DNA from: a bacterium
GTDB lineage: Bacteria; Zhuqueibacterota; Zhuqueibacteria; Oceanimicrobiales; Oceanimicrobiaceae
Assembly: GCA_046757525.1 (NCBI GenBank)
Contig: JBHHYI010000046.1
Location: forward strand, 1 to 26,036
Length of the DNA: 26,036 nt
Direction: 5' to 3'
Below, piece after piece: positions 1 to 7,864 of the stretch. The translations under genes and the position numbers were made by a program. The notes under the pieces were generated by a model. The model made no database searches and was not told the origin of the DNA. It saw only the letters and a list, made by a program, of their open reading frames with translations. Position 1 is the stretch's first letter; each line of letters starts with the position of its first letter.

Positions 1-468
1 AACTTCTTCCGAGTTGAAGGACCAGACATCGGTGGTTCAGGCATTGATGTGATTGAATCAGACCTTTTCAGCGTTTCGGGGAAAATCCTGGATCCGGCAA
101 ATGCTGGCAACATGCAGCAAGTCACTGGGATTGTAGAAAGCCAAAGAGTGAAAAATATAGCTGTTTTAGACGAATTGCAAGGCTTGCCCAGGGAATATCT
201 ATTGCATCAGAACTATCCCAACCCATTTAACCCAAGCACACAGGTGGTCTTTGAATTGCCCAAACAGGCCGAGGTCCGTCTGGAAATTTATAACATTCGT
301 GGTCAAAAGGTTCGAACCCTGATCCATGGTGTGAAAAAGGCGGGCGTGCACAACGTACAGTGGAATGGGCAGAATGATTTCGGCGAACCAGTTGCGTCCG
401 GTATCTACATGATTAGAATCCAAGCGAACCAATTCATTCAGCATAAGCGCATGGTCTTGCTAAGATAA
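1..468 (+). CDS. 3' end of a secreted protein with C-terminal FlgD-Ig/T9SS type A-like sorting domain (truncated by window edge)
   Basis: Frame open from base 1 (NFFRVEGPDIGGSGIDVIESDLF...), so GTG 49 is not the true start; C-terminus LHQNYPNPFNPST...IYNIRGQKVRTL...WNGQNDFGEPVASGIY...KRMVLLR. Confidence 0.85.
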   Translation, partial: NFFRVEGPDIGGSGIDVIESDLFSVSGKILDPANAGNMQQVTGIVESQRVKNIAVLDELQGLPREYLLHQNYPNPFNPSTQVVFELPKQAEVRLEIYNIRGQKVRTLIHGVKKAGVHNVQWNGQNDFGEPVASGIYMIRIQANQFIQHKRMVLLR

Positions 469-765
469 CAGTTTATCCTGTCGAAAATAAGAATTGCTAA
501 GAAATATAATACGGCATTGTATTTTGGAAATGATGTACTAAGACTAAAGAGAAATCCTTTTAGGATTAGATTTCTCATAGAGATCTTGTGCTGACGTATG
601 ACTCTCAAGGGACCTTATTGTGCATCCCCTTTTGATCAGCACAAAATGTAGGACAAGATAAGTTTTAAAGGGGACTTTTCTCGTTCGGCTATCCAATCCT
701 TACCAACCTTAAGACCTTCCGTGCGTTCTCTTCCGAAGGCCAAAAGGGGGCGGAGGTGTATGGTG

Positions 766-824
766 GTAACGCCTCATTTCTCCTTCCATTTCCTTTGTAG
801 TGTGAAAAAGTAACGTTCCGTTAC
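766..824. promoter_or_regulatory. Tandem palindromic upstream activator sites GTAAC-N5-RTTAC (degenerate 766-780, perfect 810-824)
   Basis: GTAACGCCTCATTTC and GTAACGTTCCGTTAC, 44 bp apart; same pair recurs at 2887/2930 at the same distance from a sigma54 motif. Confidence 0.7.
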
Positions 825-923
825 CTTTTGATCGCATACCTGGGCTTTAACGGTAAACTTCATCTACCCCTTACTTCTTAGAAAATAATTAGTTATTAAG
901 TCGCCTAAGAATCCCCTTGAATT

Positions 924-940
924 CCGGCATAGCTTTTGCA
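924..940 (+). promoter_or_regulatory. Sigma54 (-24/-12) promoter P1
   Basis: CCGGCATAGCTTTTGCA: GG(926-927)-N10-GC(938-939), upstream of CDS 1091. Confidence 0.75.
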
Positions 941-1090
941 AGATTTTCGTGCAAGCTTGACGGACACAAAACCCACCAAATTCTCAAAAACTCGGCGCTA
1001 TGCCCGTCAAAATAAACAGTCAGAAAGGAGGCAAAGGTTTTGTTTTTTTGTAACTAACTTAATGAAACTAATCTTAGAGGAGGGTTAGCC

Positions 1091-2743
1091 ATGTATCACT
1101 ATTTGCTTTCAGGTGTATTGTTTGGTTTGATGTTGCTATCTGACTTCACAGCTTCTGCATTTGCCGGCGATGCCAAAATTGAGAGGCACGAATCTGTTAG
1201 CACAATCGACTTAGTTCCAGGAGAAGAAAGAGGCACCATCACCCAGCCGTTATTGCGAGGTACGATTGCCGGAACCGGTCAGGAAGTTTTGTTTGTTCTG
1301 TCAGATGCCAGCGACAAAGATTTTGCGGAAATGTTTGGCATCATTCGATCCGATGCCCTTGAGGAGGCTCCACAAGAAGCGGTGGAAGATGCACTTTTCG
1401 AAAATGGCGTGTGGACGTTTTTTGAGGATCCCGGCTTGGTAGCTCGCTTGGATCTAAATGATGAAGACGGGGACGGGGATGTGACTGAAGTGCTGCCACC
1501 GGTGGCCAATCCCAACTATTCTCCCTTAAAGCGTTTGAATTGGAATGGCAAGACGGTTACGGTCAATGTGCCTTTTGTTAAATGGGGCGATGAACCTGGA
1601 CAGGAGCTTCTTGTGGATCATGGAAGTATCGACCCACTGATAAGAAGCAACCCGCCTTCGCCCTTCTTTGTGGGCAACGGACCAAAAGATGGAGCCCCAG
1701 CAGAGCAAGTGACTAACGAGGCCGCTTTAGATCGATATAAAGGGGGACAGGTCGTAGCCCTGGACCTCGAAGCCATGACGGTCACCATGAAGCTGCATCG
1801 GGCGACCTTCGATCATCCTGATGTCATCCCCTATTATACGGTTTTCGATGCCTCGAAGGCGCCTCCCGCCGGTTTCATGGGTGTCATTCATGCCCCAAAG
1901 CTGGGCAACATCGGAAGATTTGGCGACAACAAAGCAGTCGGAAGAATCGCGCAATTTTCCAATGGCGTCCGTATTGAAGCTGGGGGGCCCAACCGGTTTC
2001 AGCAGGGAATTACGTCCTACCCGGGCGGTCAGTCGATGACTTATACCCCAATCTGGCATATTACCTGGATTTTCTTTGATTGCGATGGCGACGGGGTGTT
2101 CTACGATCCAGAACACAACGTTGGCGAAGGAGCGGTGCCAGTTGCCGGTTCTGGCATTCCAGGCTTCGATCCGGCTCAGCCAGAAACCTTCGATCCGTTC
2201 GGAATGGACGATAAAGGAGGTACCTGTTTGCAATTTGCTACTCAGGTCACAGGGCACGCAGACGGCTTCATTGAAGACCTTGGCCAGTTGCAAGACCTGG
2301 TGAAAGCGGGTTTCGTTGTCGAAACAGAAGGCCCTGCAGGGCTCAGATTAGACAGTCCCTTGCAACCACCCTTGATTGTCAACTGCCCGGTTCCCCTAAC
2401 GGTCACCGGAGGAAAACAGTTGGCTCTAAAATTGAACCAGGAAGCAAAGATTTCTGTCAATCCGACCCAATTCCGGCTGCATCAAAATTACCCGAATCCT
2501 TTCAACCCGGAAACTACCATTAGCTACGATCTTCAGGCGGGGGCTCACGTCAGCCTCAAGATTTACAATTTATTGGGACAAGAGTTGATAACTTTAGTAG
2601 ACCAGTTTCAGGAAGCCGGGCGTTTTAGGATTCTGTGGCACGGCAAAGATCGGTTTGGTATGTCAGTGCCTTCAGGAGTTTACATCTACAATTTGCAAGG
2701 TGCCGGAATTAGCCTAAAGAGGAAAATGGTGGTGCTGCGCTAA
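1091..2743 (+). CDS. Secreted protein of unknown function with repeated YSPL/YTPIW...NCP module (DUF7482-like) and C-terminal FlgD-Ig/T9SS-like sorting domain
   Basis: RBS GAGGAGG; signal peptide ending ASAFA; motifs PNYSPL, YTPIWHITW, IVNCPVP; acidic DxDGDG loops; LHQNYPNPFNPET C-terminal domain. Confidence 0.8.
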   Translation: MYHYLLSGVLFGLMLLSDFTASAFAGDAKIERHESVSTIDLVPGEERGTITQPLLRGTIAGTGQEVLFVLSDASDKDFAEMFGIIRSDALEEAPQEAVEDALFENGVWTFFEDPGLVARLDLNDEDGDGDVTEVLPPVANPNYSPLKRLNWNGKTVTVNVPFVKWGDEPGQELLVDHGSIDPLIRSNPPSPFFVGNGPKDGAPAEQVTNEAALDRYKGGQVVALDLEAMTVTMKLHRATFDHPDVIPYYTVFDASKAPPAGFMGVIHAPKLGNIGRFGDNKAVGRIAQFSNGVRIEAGGPNRFQQGITSYPGGQSMTYTPIWHITWIFFDCDGDGVFYDPEHNVGEGAVPVAGSGIPGFDPAQPETFDPFGMDDKGGTCLQFATQVTGHADGFIEDLGQLQDLVKAGFVVETEGPAGLRLDSPLQPPLIVNCPVPLTVTGGKQLALKLNQEAKISVNPTQFRLHQNYPNPFNPETTISYDLQAGAHVSLKIYNLLGQELITLVDQFQEAGRFRILWHGKDRFGMSVPSGVYIYNLQGAGISLKRKMVVLR

Positions 2744-2828
2744 GCAGTGGCAGGAGCCTTTAGCAAGGCTTGCTTCAAGCAAAGTCACTCAAGTCCTTAT
2801 TTGGCGAGGTTCCCGTTCCTCCCTTTTG

Positions 2829-2873
2829 GGGAAAGAGAAAACTAAGTCGTCTCTCGATTCTCTTTCCCTTTTT
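2829..2873 (+). terminator. Probable intrinsic terminator
   Basis: GGGAAAGAGAA (2829-2839) pairs with TTCTCTTTCCC (2858-2868), then TTTTT; loop is long (18 nt). Confidence 0.45.
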
Positions 2874-2886
2874 AATTTGGCCTAAA

Positions 2887-2944
2887 GTAACGTTTCATTA
2901 CCCCCTGGTTGTTAGTAAAAAAAGAAAGAGTAACATTTCGTTAC
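2887..2944. promoter_or_regulatory. Tandem palindromic upstream activator sites GTAAC-N5-RTTAC
   Basis: GTAACGTTTCATTAC (2887-2901) and GTAACATTTCGTTAC (2930-2944), 43 bp apart. Confidence 0.72.
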
Positions 2945-3042
2945 CCTCTCATCTCCCTCCTGACGCTAACCGCGAAAAGTATTCCATCTTTAGTCTTTAA
3001 AAAATAGAAGGTTGCTGATTCTTAGAAGAATTCAGCCGGATT

Positions 3043-3059
3043 CTGGCATAGCCTTTGCG
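3043..3059 (+). promoter_or_regulatory. Sigma54 (-24/-12) promoter P2
   Basis: CTGGCATAGCCTTTGCG: GG(3045-3046)-N10-GC(3057-3058); nearly identical to P1. Confidence 0.8.
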
Positions 3060-3121
3060 TAACCCTGGCTCAGCTAAGGATTAATTAATTCACTTCACCA
3101 AGCAACCTAAAGGAGGTCAAA

Positions 3122-3700
3122 ATGCAGTATCACAGACTCTTGCAGAGATTATTCGTTGGTTTGCTCTTTTATTTTGGAATTTTGTTGTTCGCCGCGTGTG
3201 GCAATAATCAGGCTTCGTCGCCTTTTGCGCCGGTGGCTGAGGGCCAGACCGGGCTATCCAAAAAGGGTTCTGGTTCAGGGGGAACGACGGTTCCGGATTC
3301 TGATTTACTGTTAGTCAGAAAGCGCGAAGATGCTGAAAATGGTGTAAGCACGGCCGTCATCGGTCCCGAAGGCGGCGTGCTCATTCATGCAGCGCACCGC
3401 GTTGAAGTTCCGGCAGGGGCCTTGACTGATTCCGTTGAACTCACATTCTCCATGCCCGTTTCCGACACTTTAATGTTTGAGCTCGGGCCCGACGGCGTCC
3501 AGTTCAACGCTCCGGTCAAAGTTATCTTCAACTACGATCACACTTTCAAAAGCGGTCTGGACAAGGAGAATTTTAAAGTAGCTGTCTGGAATCCGGAAAC
3601 CCAGACCTGGGAGCTCATCCCGACCACAGTTAACACGGAAACCAGTGAAGTCAACGGCGACACCAATCACTTTTCCCGTTATGCGATTTCCAAAGGTTAG
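3122..3700 (+). CDS. Lipoprotein with ZU5-like domain and terminal HFS motif
   Basis: RBS AAGGAGG; lipobox-like LLFAAC; IGPEGGVL, VEVPAGAL, ELGPDGVQFNAPV, TNHFSRYA. Confidence 0.78.
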   Translation: MQYHRLLQRLFVGLLFYFGILLFAACGNNQASSPFAPVAEGQTGLSKKGSGSGGTTVPDSDLLLVRKREDAENGVSTAVIGPEGGVLIHAAHRVEVPAGALTDSVELTFSMPVSDTLMFELGPDGVQFNAPVKVIFNYDHTFKSGLDKENFKVAVWNPETQTWELIPTTVNTETSEVNGDTNHFSRYAISKG

Positions 3701-3749
3701 TCGAATCCACAAAAGTAAGATCATGGAAAATTAACCGACGAGTCTAAGA

Positions 3750-5003
3750 TTGGCTGACAAAGGGAAAAAATCAAAGGCACAGAAAGCCACAACTCCCGAA
3801 GATGGGTGTTTGCAGCAGATTCAAGCCTGGTTGGTGGAAAGCTGGTCTAACGATAAGAGCCTGGATGCTCTGCTGCAGGGGCTGCAAGAGTTCGTTCGGC
3901 AGTTATTTGAAGAAAAGGATCAGGAACAAAGGATTGAGTATTTTGAAATGTCTGTGGAACAGTTGCTGAAGAACTTCTTGCCCTCCCTTTCGGAAGCTGA
4001 AGAAATCGCCCTGGAACTCTGGAAGGGGCATTCTTACGAAACTTTAGGGGCTTTTGAGAAGGCGCTCAAAGCTTTCAACCGGGTCGTAGCTTTGAGCGGT
4101 TCCGCGGCTTTTGCTGCGCAGAAGGCCGAAGCGCAGCGCTGGATCGGTCACCTGCATTCGATGCAGAATCGCTGGCCGGCCGCGTTGAAGGCCTACCAGG
4201 AGAGCCTGAGCCTGGCCCGCCAGAGCGGTGATGAAACCGGGGAGGCCAATGCTTACAACAGCCTGGGCTACTACTTTTTTGAACAAGGCGACTTAGACCA
4301 GGCCGGGTCTTATTGGGAAAAAGCATTAGAGCTTGCCGAAAGGCTGCAGGAGAACAAGCTGACAGCCCAGGTCAACAACAACCTGGGCGCTGTGGCCAAC
4401 GTGCAAGGACATTGGGAGAAAGCGCTGGCCTATTACGGCGAAAGCGTTCCGCGTTTTGAGAGAATTGGCGACCAGAGGGGCCTGGCTGAAACCTACCACA
4501 ACATGGCGATGACCTACGCAGACACGAAGCGCTGGGCTGAAGCGGGACAGCATTACGAACGGAGTGCTGAATTAGCCAAAGAAATCGGCGATGTGCGCCT
4601 GCAGGCCACCGTCAAGCTCAACCGCACCGAGCTGTACCTGGCCATCGAGGATTGGAATCTGGCGGAAGCTCTGTGTTACCAGGCGTTGCGAACCTATCTC
4701 AAGCTCAACGACCATTTGGGGGAATCTGATGCCTACAAGTTCTTAGGTATCATCCAGACCGGCAAAAAGAAATGGGCGCAAGCAAAATCCTATTTCGAAA
4801 AGAGCATCCGGCTGACGAAAAAATTCAAGAGTCCGCTGTGTGAAGCTGAAGCCCATTTTGAATATGGACTCATGTTGGCGCAAAAGAGAAGCCCTAAGTC
4901 GGCTCAGAAGCAATACGAACTGGCGTTGAGCTTGTACTCCGAACTCAACGCTGAGAATGAAATGAAGGCAGTTCGCGAGGCAATTGCCGAACTGTCTAAC
5001 TGA
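3750..5003 (+). CDS. Tetratricopeptide repeat protein, predicted cytoplasmic (start uncertain)
   Basis: Tandem ~40-aa repeats (AYNSLGYYF, VNNNLGAVA, TYHNMAMTY, AYKFLGII); no signal peptide or lipobox; TTG start without clear RBS. Confidence 0.85.
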   Translation: MADKGKKSKAQKATTPEDGCLQQIQAWLVESWSNDKSLDALLQGLQEFVRQLFEEKDQEQRIEYFEMSVEQLLKNFLPSLSEAEEIALELWKGHSYETLGAFEKALKAFNRVVALSGSAAFAAQKAEAQRWIGHLHSMQNRWPAALKAYQESLSLARQSGDETGEANAYNSLGYYFFEQGDLDQAGSYWEKALELAERLQENKLTAQVNNNLGAVANVQGHWEKALAYYGESVPRFERIGDQRGLAETYHNMAMTYADTKRWAEAGQHYERSAELAKEIGDVRLQATVKLNRTELYLAIEDWNLAEALCYQALRTYLKLNDHLGESDAYKFLGIIQTGKKKWAQAKSYFEKSIRLTKKFKSPLCEAEAHFEYGLMLAQKRSPKSAQKQYELALSLYSELNAENEMKAVREAIAELSN

Positions 5004-5212
5004 AAAAAATCTTTAACTGAGAAGGGGTCTTGAATGTCCAGAGTATTGATGAGGGATGCCCTGTTCAGCTCTCGAACAAGCGGTTTAAATGAATTGTTCC
5101 ATGACCTTCTTGGTTTGTCCTTAGCGAGGATTGAGATAAAACCATCCCGTGAGAACGATTACAATCGCTTACGAGAGCGGCCAGGCATCCCTCATCAAGT
5201 GGGTCTGGCCCA

Positions 5213-5250
5213 TGCGCAACGGCTGCGCACAATGGCGAAAGGATTGCGCA
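5213..5250. promoter_or_regulatory. Candidate enhancer sites TGCGCA-N5-TGCGCA (5213-5229) plus degenerate copy (5234-5250)
   Basis: Three TGCGCA hexamers in 38 bp, about 90-130 bp upstream of P3; geometry resembles NtrC TGCAC-N7-GTGCA. Confidence 0.5.
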
Positions 5251-5339
5251 GCCCATGTGTAGCCGTGGCCGGCACGAAAAACATGATTTATGACAAAAAT
5301 GTAAGTATTTTAGGTTAACGTTTGTAGAATCCCTTGTCT

Positions 5340-5356
5340 TTGGTATATCCTTTGCC
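5340..5356 (+). promoter_or_regulatory. Sigma54 (-24/-12) promoter P3 for the glycan cluster
   Basis: TTGGTATATCCTTTGCC: GG(5342-5343)-N10-GC(5354-5355), preceded by AGAATCCCTTG as P1 is by AGAATCCCCTTG. Confidence 0.7.
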
Positions 5357-5409
5357 GGGAAAGTAAACAAACCTCGCTAAAGAATAGGCCAGACGGTCAG
5401 GGAAAGGAT

Positions 5410-6615
5410 TTGGAACCAATCATGCGCAAAGATCATAATAGAATTCTCTTTTACTCGCACGATGCCTATGGCATGGGCAATATACGCCGGACGTTGGCCA
5501 TTTGTGAGCATATCACAAAAACCGTCCCTGATCTGTCTATTTTGCTGCTAACAGGCTCCCCGGTCATTCACGCACTGCGGATTCCGCAAAAAGTCGACTA
5601 CATAAAACTGCCCTGTTTGACCCGCGACAAGAGCGAAAGCTTCAGCGCCAAATACTGGGACATGTGCTTGACAGAGCTTCTGCAATTTCGCTCTGAATTG
5701 ATTCTTTCTGCTGTCAAAAGCTTTAATCCCAACCTAATAGTGGTGGACAAAAAGCCGCTGGGTATTAAACAAGAATTCAGAGACGCGTTGCAGTACGTTA
5801 AGGACAACCTCGCTGACACAAAGGTCATTTTGGGACTCAGAGATATTTTGGACGAGCCTTCGGTGACGGTGCCCATCTGGCAGAAGCATGGCTACTATGA
5901 TTTTATCGAAACCTTTTACGACGGCGTGTGGGTTTATGGGGCGCGCAATGTTTTTGACACGGTGCGCGAATACCAGATGCCGGATGCAGTAGCAGAAAAA
6001 GCGGTGTTCACCGGATACCTGGGACGCAGCCAGATGGAGACGGACAGACTCAAAATCAGAACTGAATTAGGACTCAATGGTCATCTGTTTTCTCTGGTTA
6101 TGGTTGGCGGCGGCGGCGATGGTTTTCCGGTTCTGAAAACCTACGTGGATGGGATCAAAGGCAGCTTTATCGACCGACACATGGACAGCCTGCTCATCGC
6201 TGGACCAGAAATGCCCAAAGCCCGGCGGCGTGAAATCGAAGATTCGTGCAACAACGGCTACCCAATGCGGATGCGGGAGTTTTCCGACGAAATCGAGAAT
6301 CTGCTCACCGCCGCAGACGTAGTCGTGTGCATGGGTGGCTACAACACTGCCTGTGAGGTCCTGTCGTTTGGGAAAAAAGCCGTCATGGTGCCGCGGGTGC
6401 GCCCGGTTAAAGAACAGTACATTCGGGCCAGGCGGCTGTCAGAGCTGGGCCTGGTCAACATGATTCATCCCGATGAGCTGGAACCGTCCATGCTGCTCAA
6501 GACCATCGAGACCACCGCTGCCCAGGAGCATTTGACCGCTGACGTAGAAAACCGCATCGACCTGAACGGCTTACAGCGTATTGAGCAAATGACCAAAGAC
6601 ATACTGGTGCATTAA
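5410..6615 (+). CDS. GT-B glycosyltransferase, COG4671-like with GT28-type C-terminal domain (alternative start ATG 5422)
   Basis: FYSHDAYGMGNIRR, LGLRDILD, VGGGGDG, MGGYNT, VPR...EQ..RA. Confidence 0.85.
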   Translation: MEPIMRKDHNRILFYSHDAYGMGNIRRTLAICEHITKTVPDLSILLLTGSPVIHALRIPQKVDYIKLPCLTRDKSESFSAKYWDMCLTELLQFRSELILSAVKSFNPNLIVVDKKPLGIKQEFRDALQYVKDNLADTKVILGLRDILDEPSVTVPIWQKHGYYDFIETFYDGVWVYGARNVFDTVREYQMPDAVAEKAVFTGYLGRSQMETDRLKIRTELGLNGHLFSLVMVGGGGDGFPVLKTYVDGIKGSFIDRHMDSLLIAGPEMPKARRREIEDSCNNGYPMRMREFSDEIENLLTAADVVVCMGGYNTACEVLSFGKKAVMVPRVRPVKEQYIRARRLSELGLVNMIHPDELEPSMLLKTIETTAAQEHLTADVENRIDLNGLQRIEQMTKDILVH

Positions 6616-6628
6616 ATCCATTGACGCC

Positions 6629-7864
6629 ATGAAAAGCATGCAGAACACGACAAGCAACCGATTAGCCTATCTTCTCAGCGGTTTTCCCAGGCTTTCAGAA
6701 ACGTTCATTTTGAACGAGATCCTGGAGTTGGAACGACAGGGCCTGCCTTTGGTCATTTTCTCTCTGAAGAAAGAAATGGGCGCGCAAGGCCCCGCAGAAG
6801 TCACCCGCTTAAAATCACCCGTCATTTATATTCCGGAAAAACTGAGTGTACCGTCGTATTTGAGTATTTACCGGGCCAATGTTGCTCTGCTGCTGCAAAG
6901 CCCACAGCGCTATCTTAGGGTGACCAGGCAATTTCTGAGCACAGGCAAGAAGGAGCGCTTTTTCTCCATTTATCAGAGTTTCTTGCGTTGGATTTGGTTT
7001 GGTCGCCAACTGCAAAAACTACGAGTTGCGAGAATTCACGCCCATTTTGCCCACGATCCTACCACGATGGCCTACTGGGTCAATCGCTTGTTGGACATCC
7101 CGTACAGTTTCACGGCGCACGCCAAAGACATCTATTGCTATTCTGAGGAATGGCTGCAAAAGAAAATCCACAGCGCCCAATGGGTCGCAACTTGCACCGA
7201 TTACAATAAGCAGCACTTGCAAGCGGTTTCCCAAAATGGCACGGCCATATACCGGTTGTACCATGGCATCGATTTGGAGAAATTCAAAGCCGGCACCAGG
7301 ACGCAAAGAAGCGTGCCTCTGGTGCTGGCCGTCGGCCGACTGGTGGAGAAAAAGGGATTTCCCTCGTTGATCTCGGCGTGCAACTTGTTGCGCAGCATGG
7401 GCCTGGCCTTCCAGTGCTTGATCGTCGGCGAAGGACCGTTGCGGTCAGCTTTGCAGGAACAGATCGACCGGTTGGGTCTATCGCATCAAGTGGGGCTTGG
7501 CGGTGCCTTGAACCACAAAAGACTCCTGTCTTTGTACAAAATGGCTTCTGTTTTTGTCATGCCTTCTGTGATCACCGAAAACGGGGACCGGGATGGCATC
7601 CCCAACGTCATTTTAGAAGCCATGGCCATGGAATTGCCCGTGGTAGCTTCCCGGGTCTCGGGTATACCGGAAGCAGTCGCTCATGCGAAAACCGGATTAC
7701 TGGTCGAGCAGAGAGACGCAAGAGCATTGGCTACGGCCATAAGGAATCTGCTCTACGACACGGGGTTAGCCCGTAGGTTAGGCCAATCGGGCAGGCGCAA
7801 GGTGCAGGCTGACTTTAATTTACACTGCAATACGAAAAAGATGAAAGAGCTTCTGATTACATGA
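6629..7864 (+). CDS. GT4 glycosyltransferase (WcaL-like subgroup)
   Basis: FPRLSETFILNEI, HAHFA, SFTAHAKDIY, VGRLVEKKG, DRDGIPNVILEAMA. Confidence 0.9.
   Translation: MKSMQNTTSNRLAYLLSGFPRLSETFILNEILELERQGLPLVIFSLKKEMGAQGPAEVTRLKSPVIYIPEKLSVPSYLSIYRANVALLLQSPQRYLRVTRQFLSTGKKERFFSIYQSFLRWIWFGRQLQKLRVARIHAHFAHDPTTMAYWVNRLLDIPYSFTAHAKDIYCYSEEWLQKKIHSAQWVATCTDYNKQHLQAVSQNGTAIYRLYHGIDLEKFKAGTRTQRSVPLVLAVGRLVEKKGFPSLISACNLLRSMGLAFQCLIVGEGPLRSALQEQIDRLGLSHQVGLGGALNHKRLLSLYKMASVFVMPSVITENGDRDGIPNVILEAMAMELPVVASRVSGIPEAVAHAKTGLLVEQRDARALATAIRNLLYDTGLARRLGQSGRRKVQADFNLHCNTKKMKELLIT

Noticed and set aside
3723..3734. In-frame ATG-GAA-AAT-TAA upstream of the TPR gene (readthrough or uORF)
   Set aside because: No RBS or recoding signal; easily chance
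3750..5003. TPR protein as AlgK/BcsC-like periplasmic export scaffold
   Set aside because: No signal peptide or lipobox; separate promoter from the glycan operon
5034..5318. 94-aa ORF and antisense 101-aa ORF
   Set aside because: No recognisable motif; overlap the predicted enhancer/promoter
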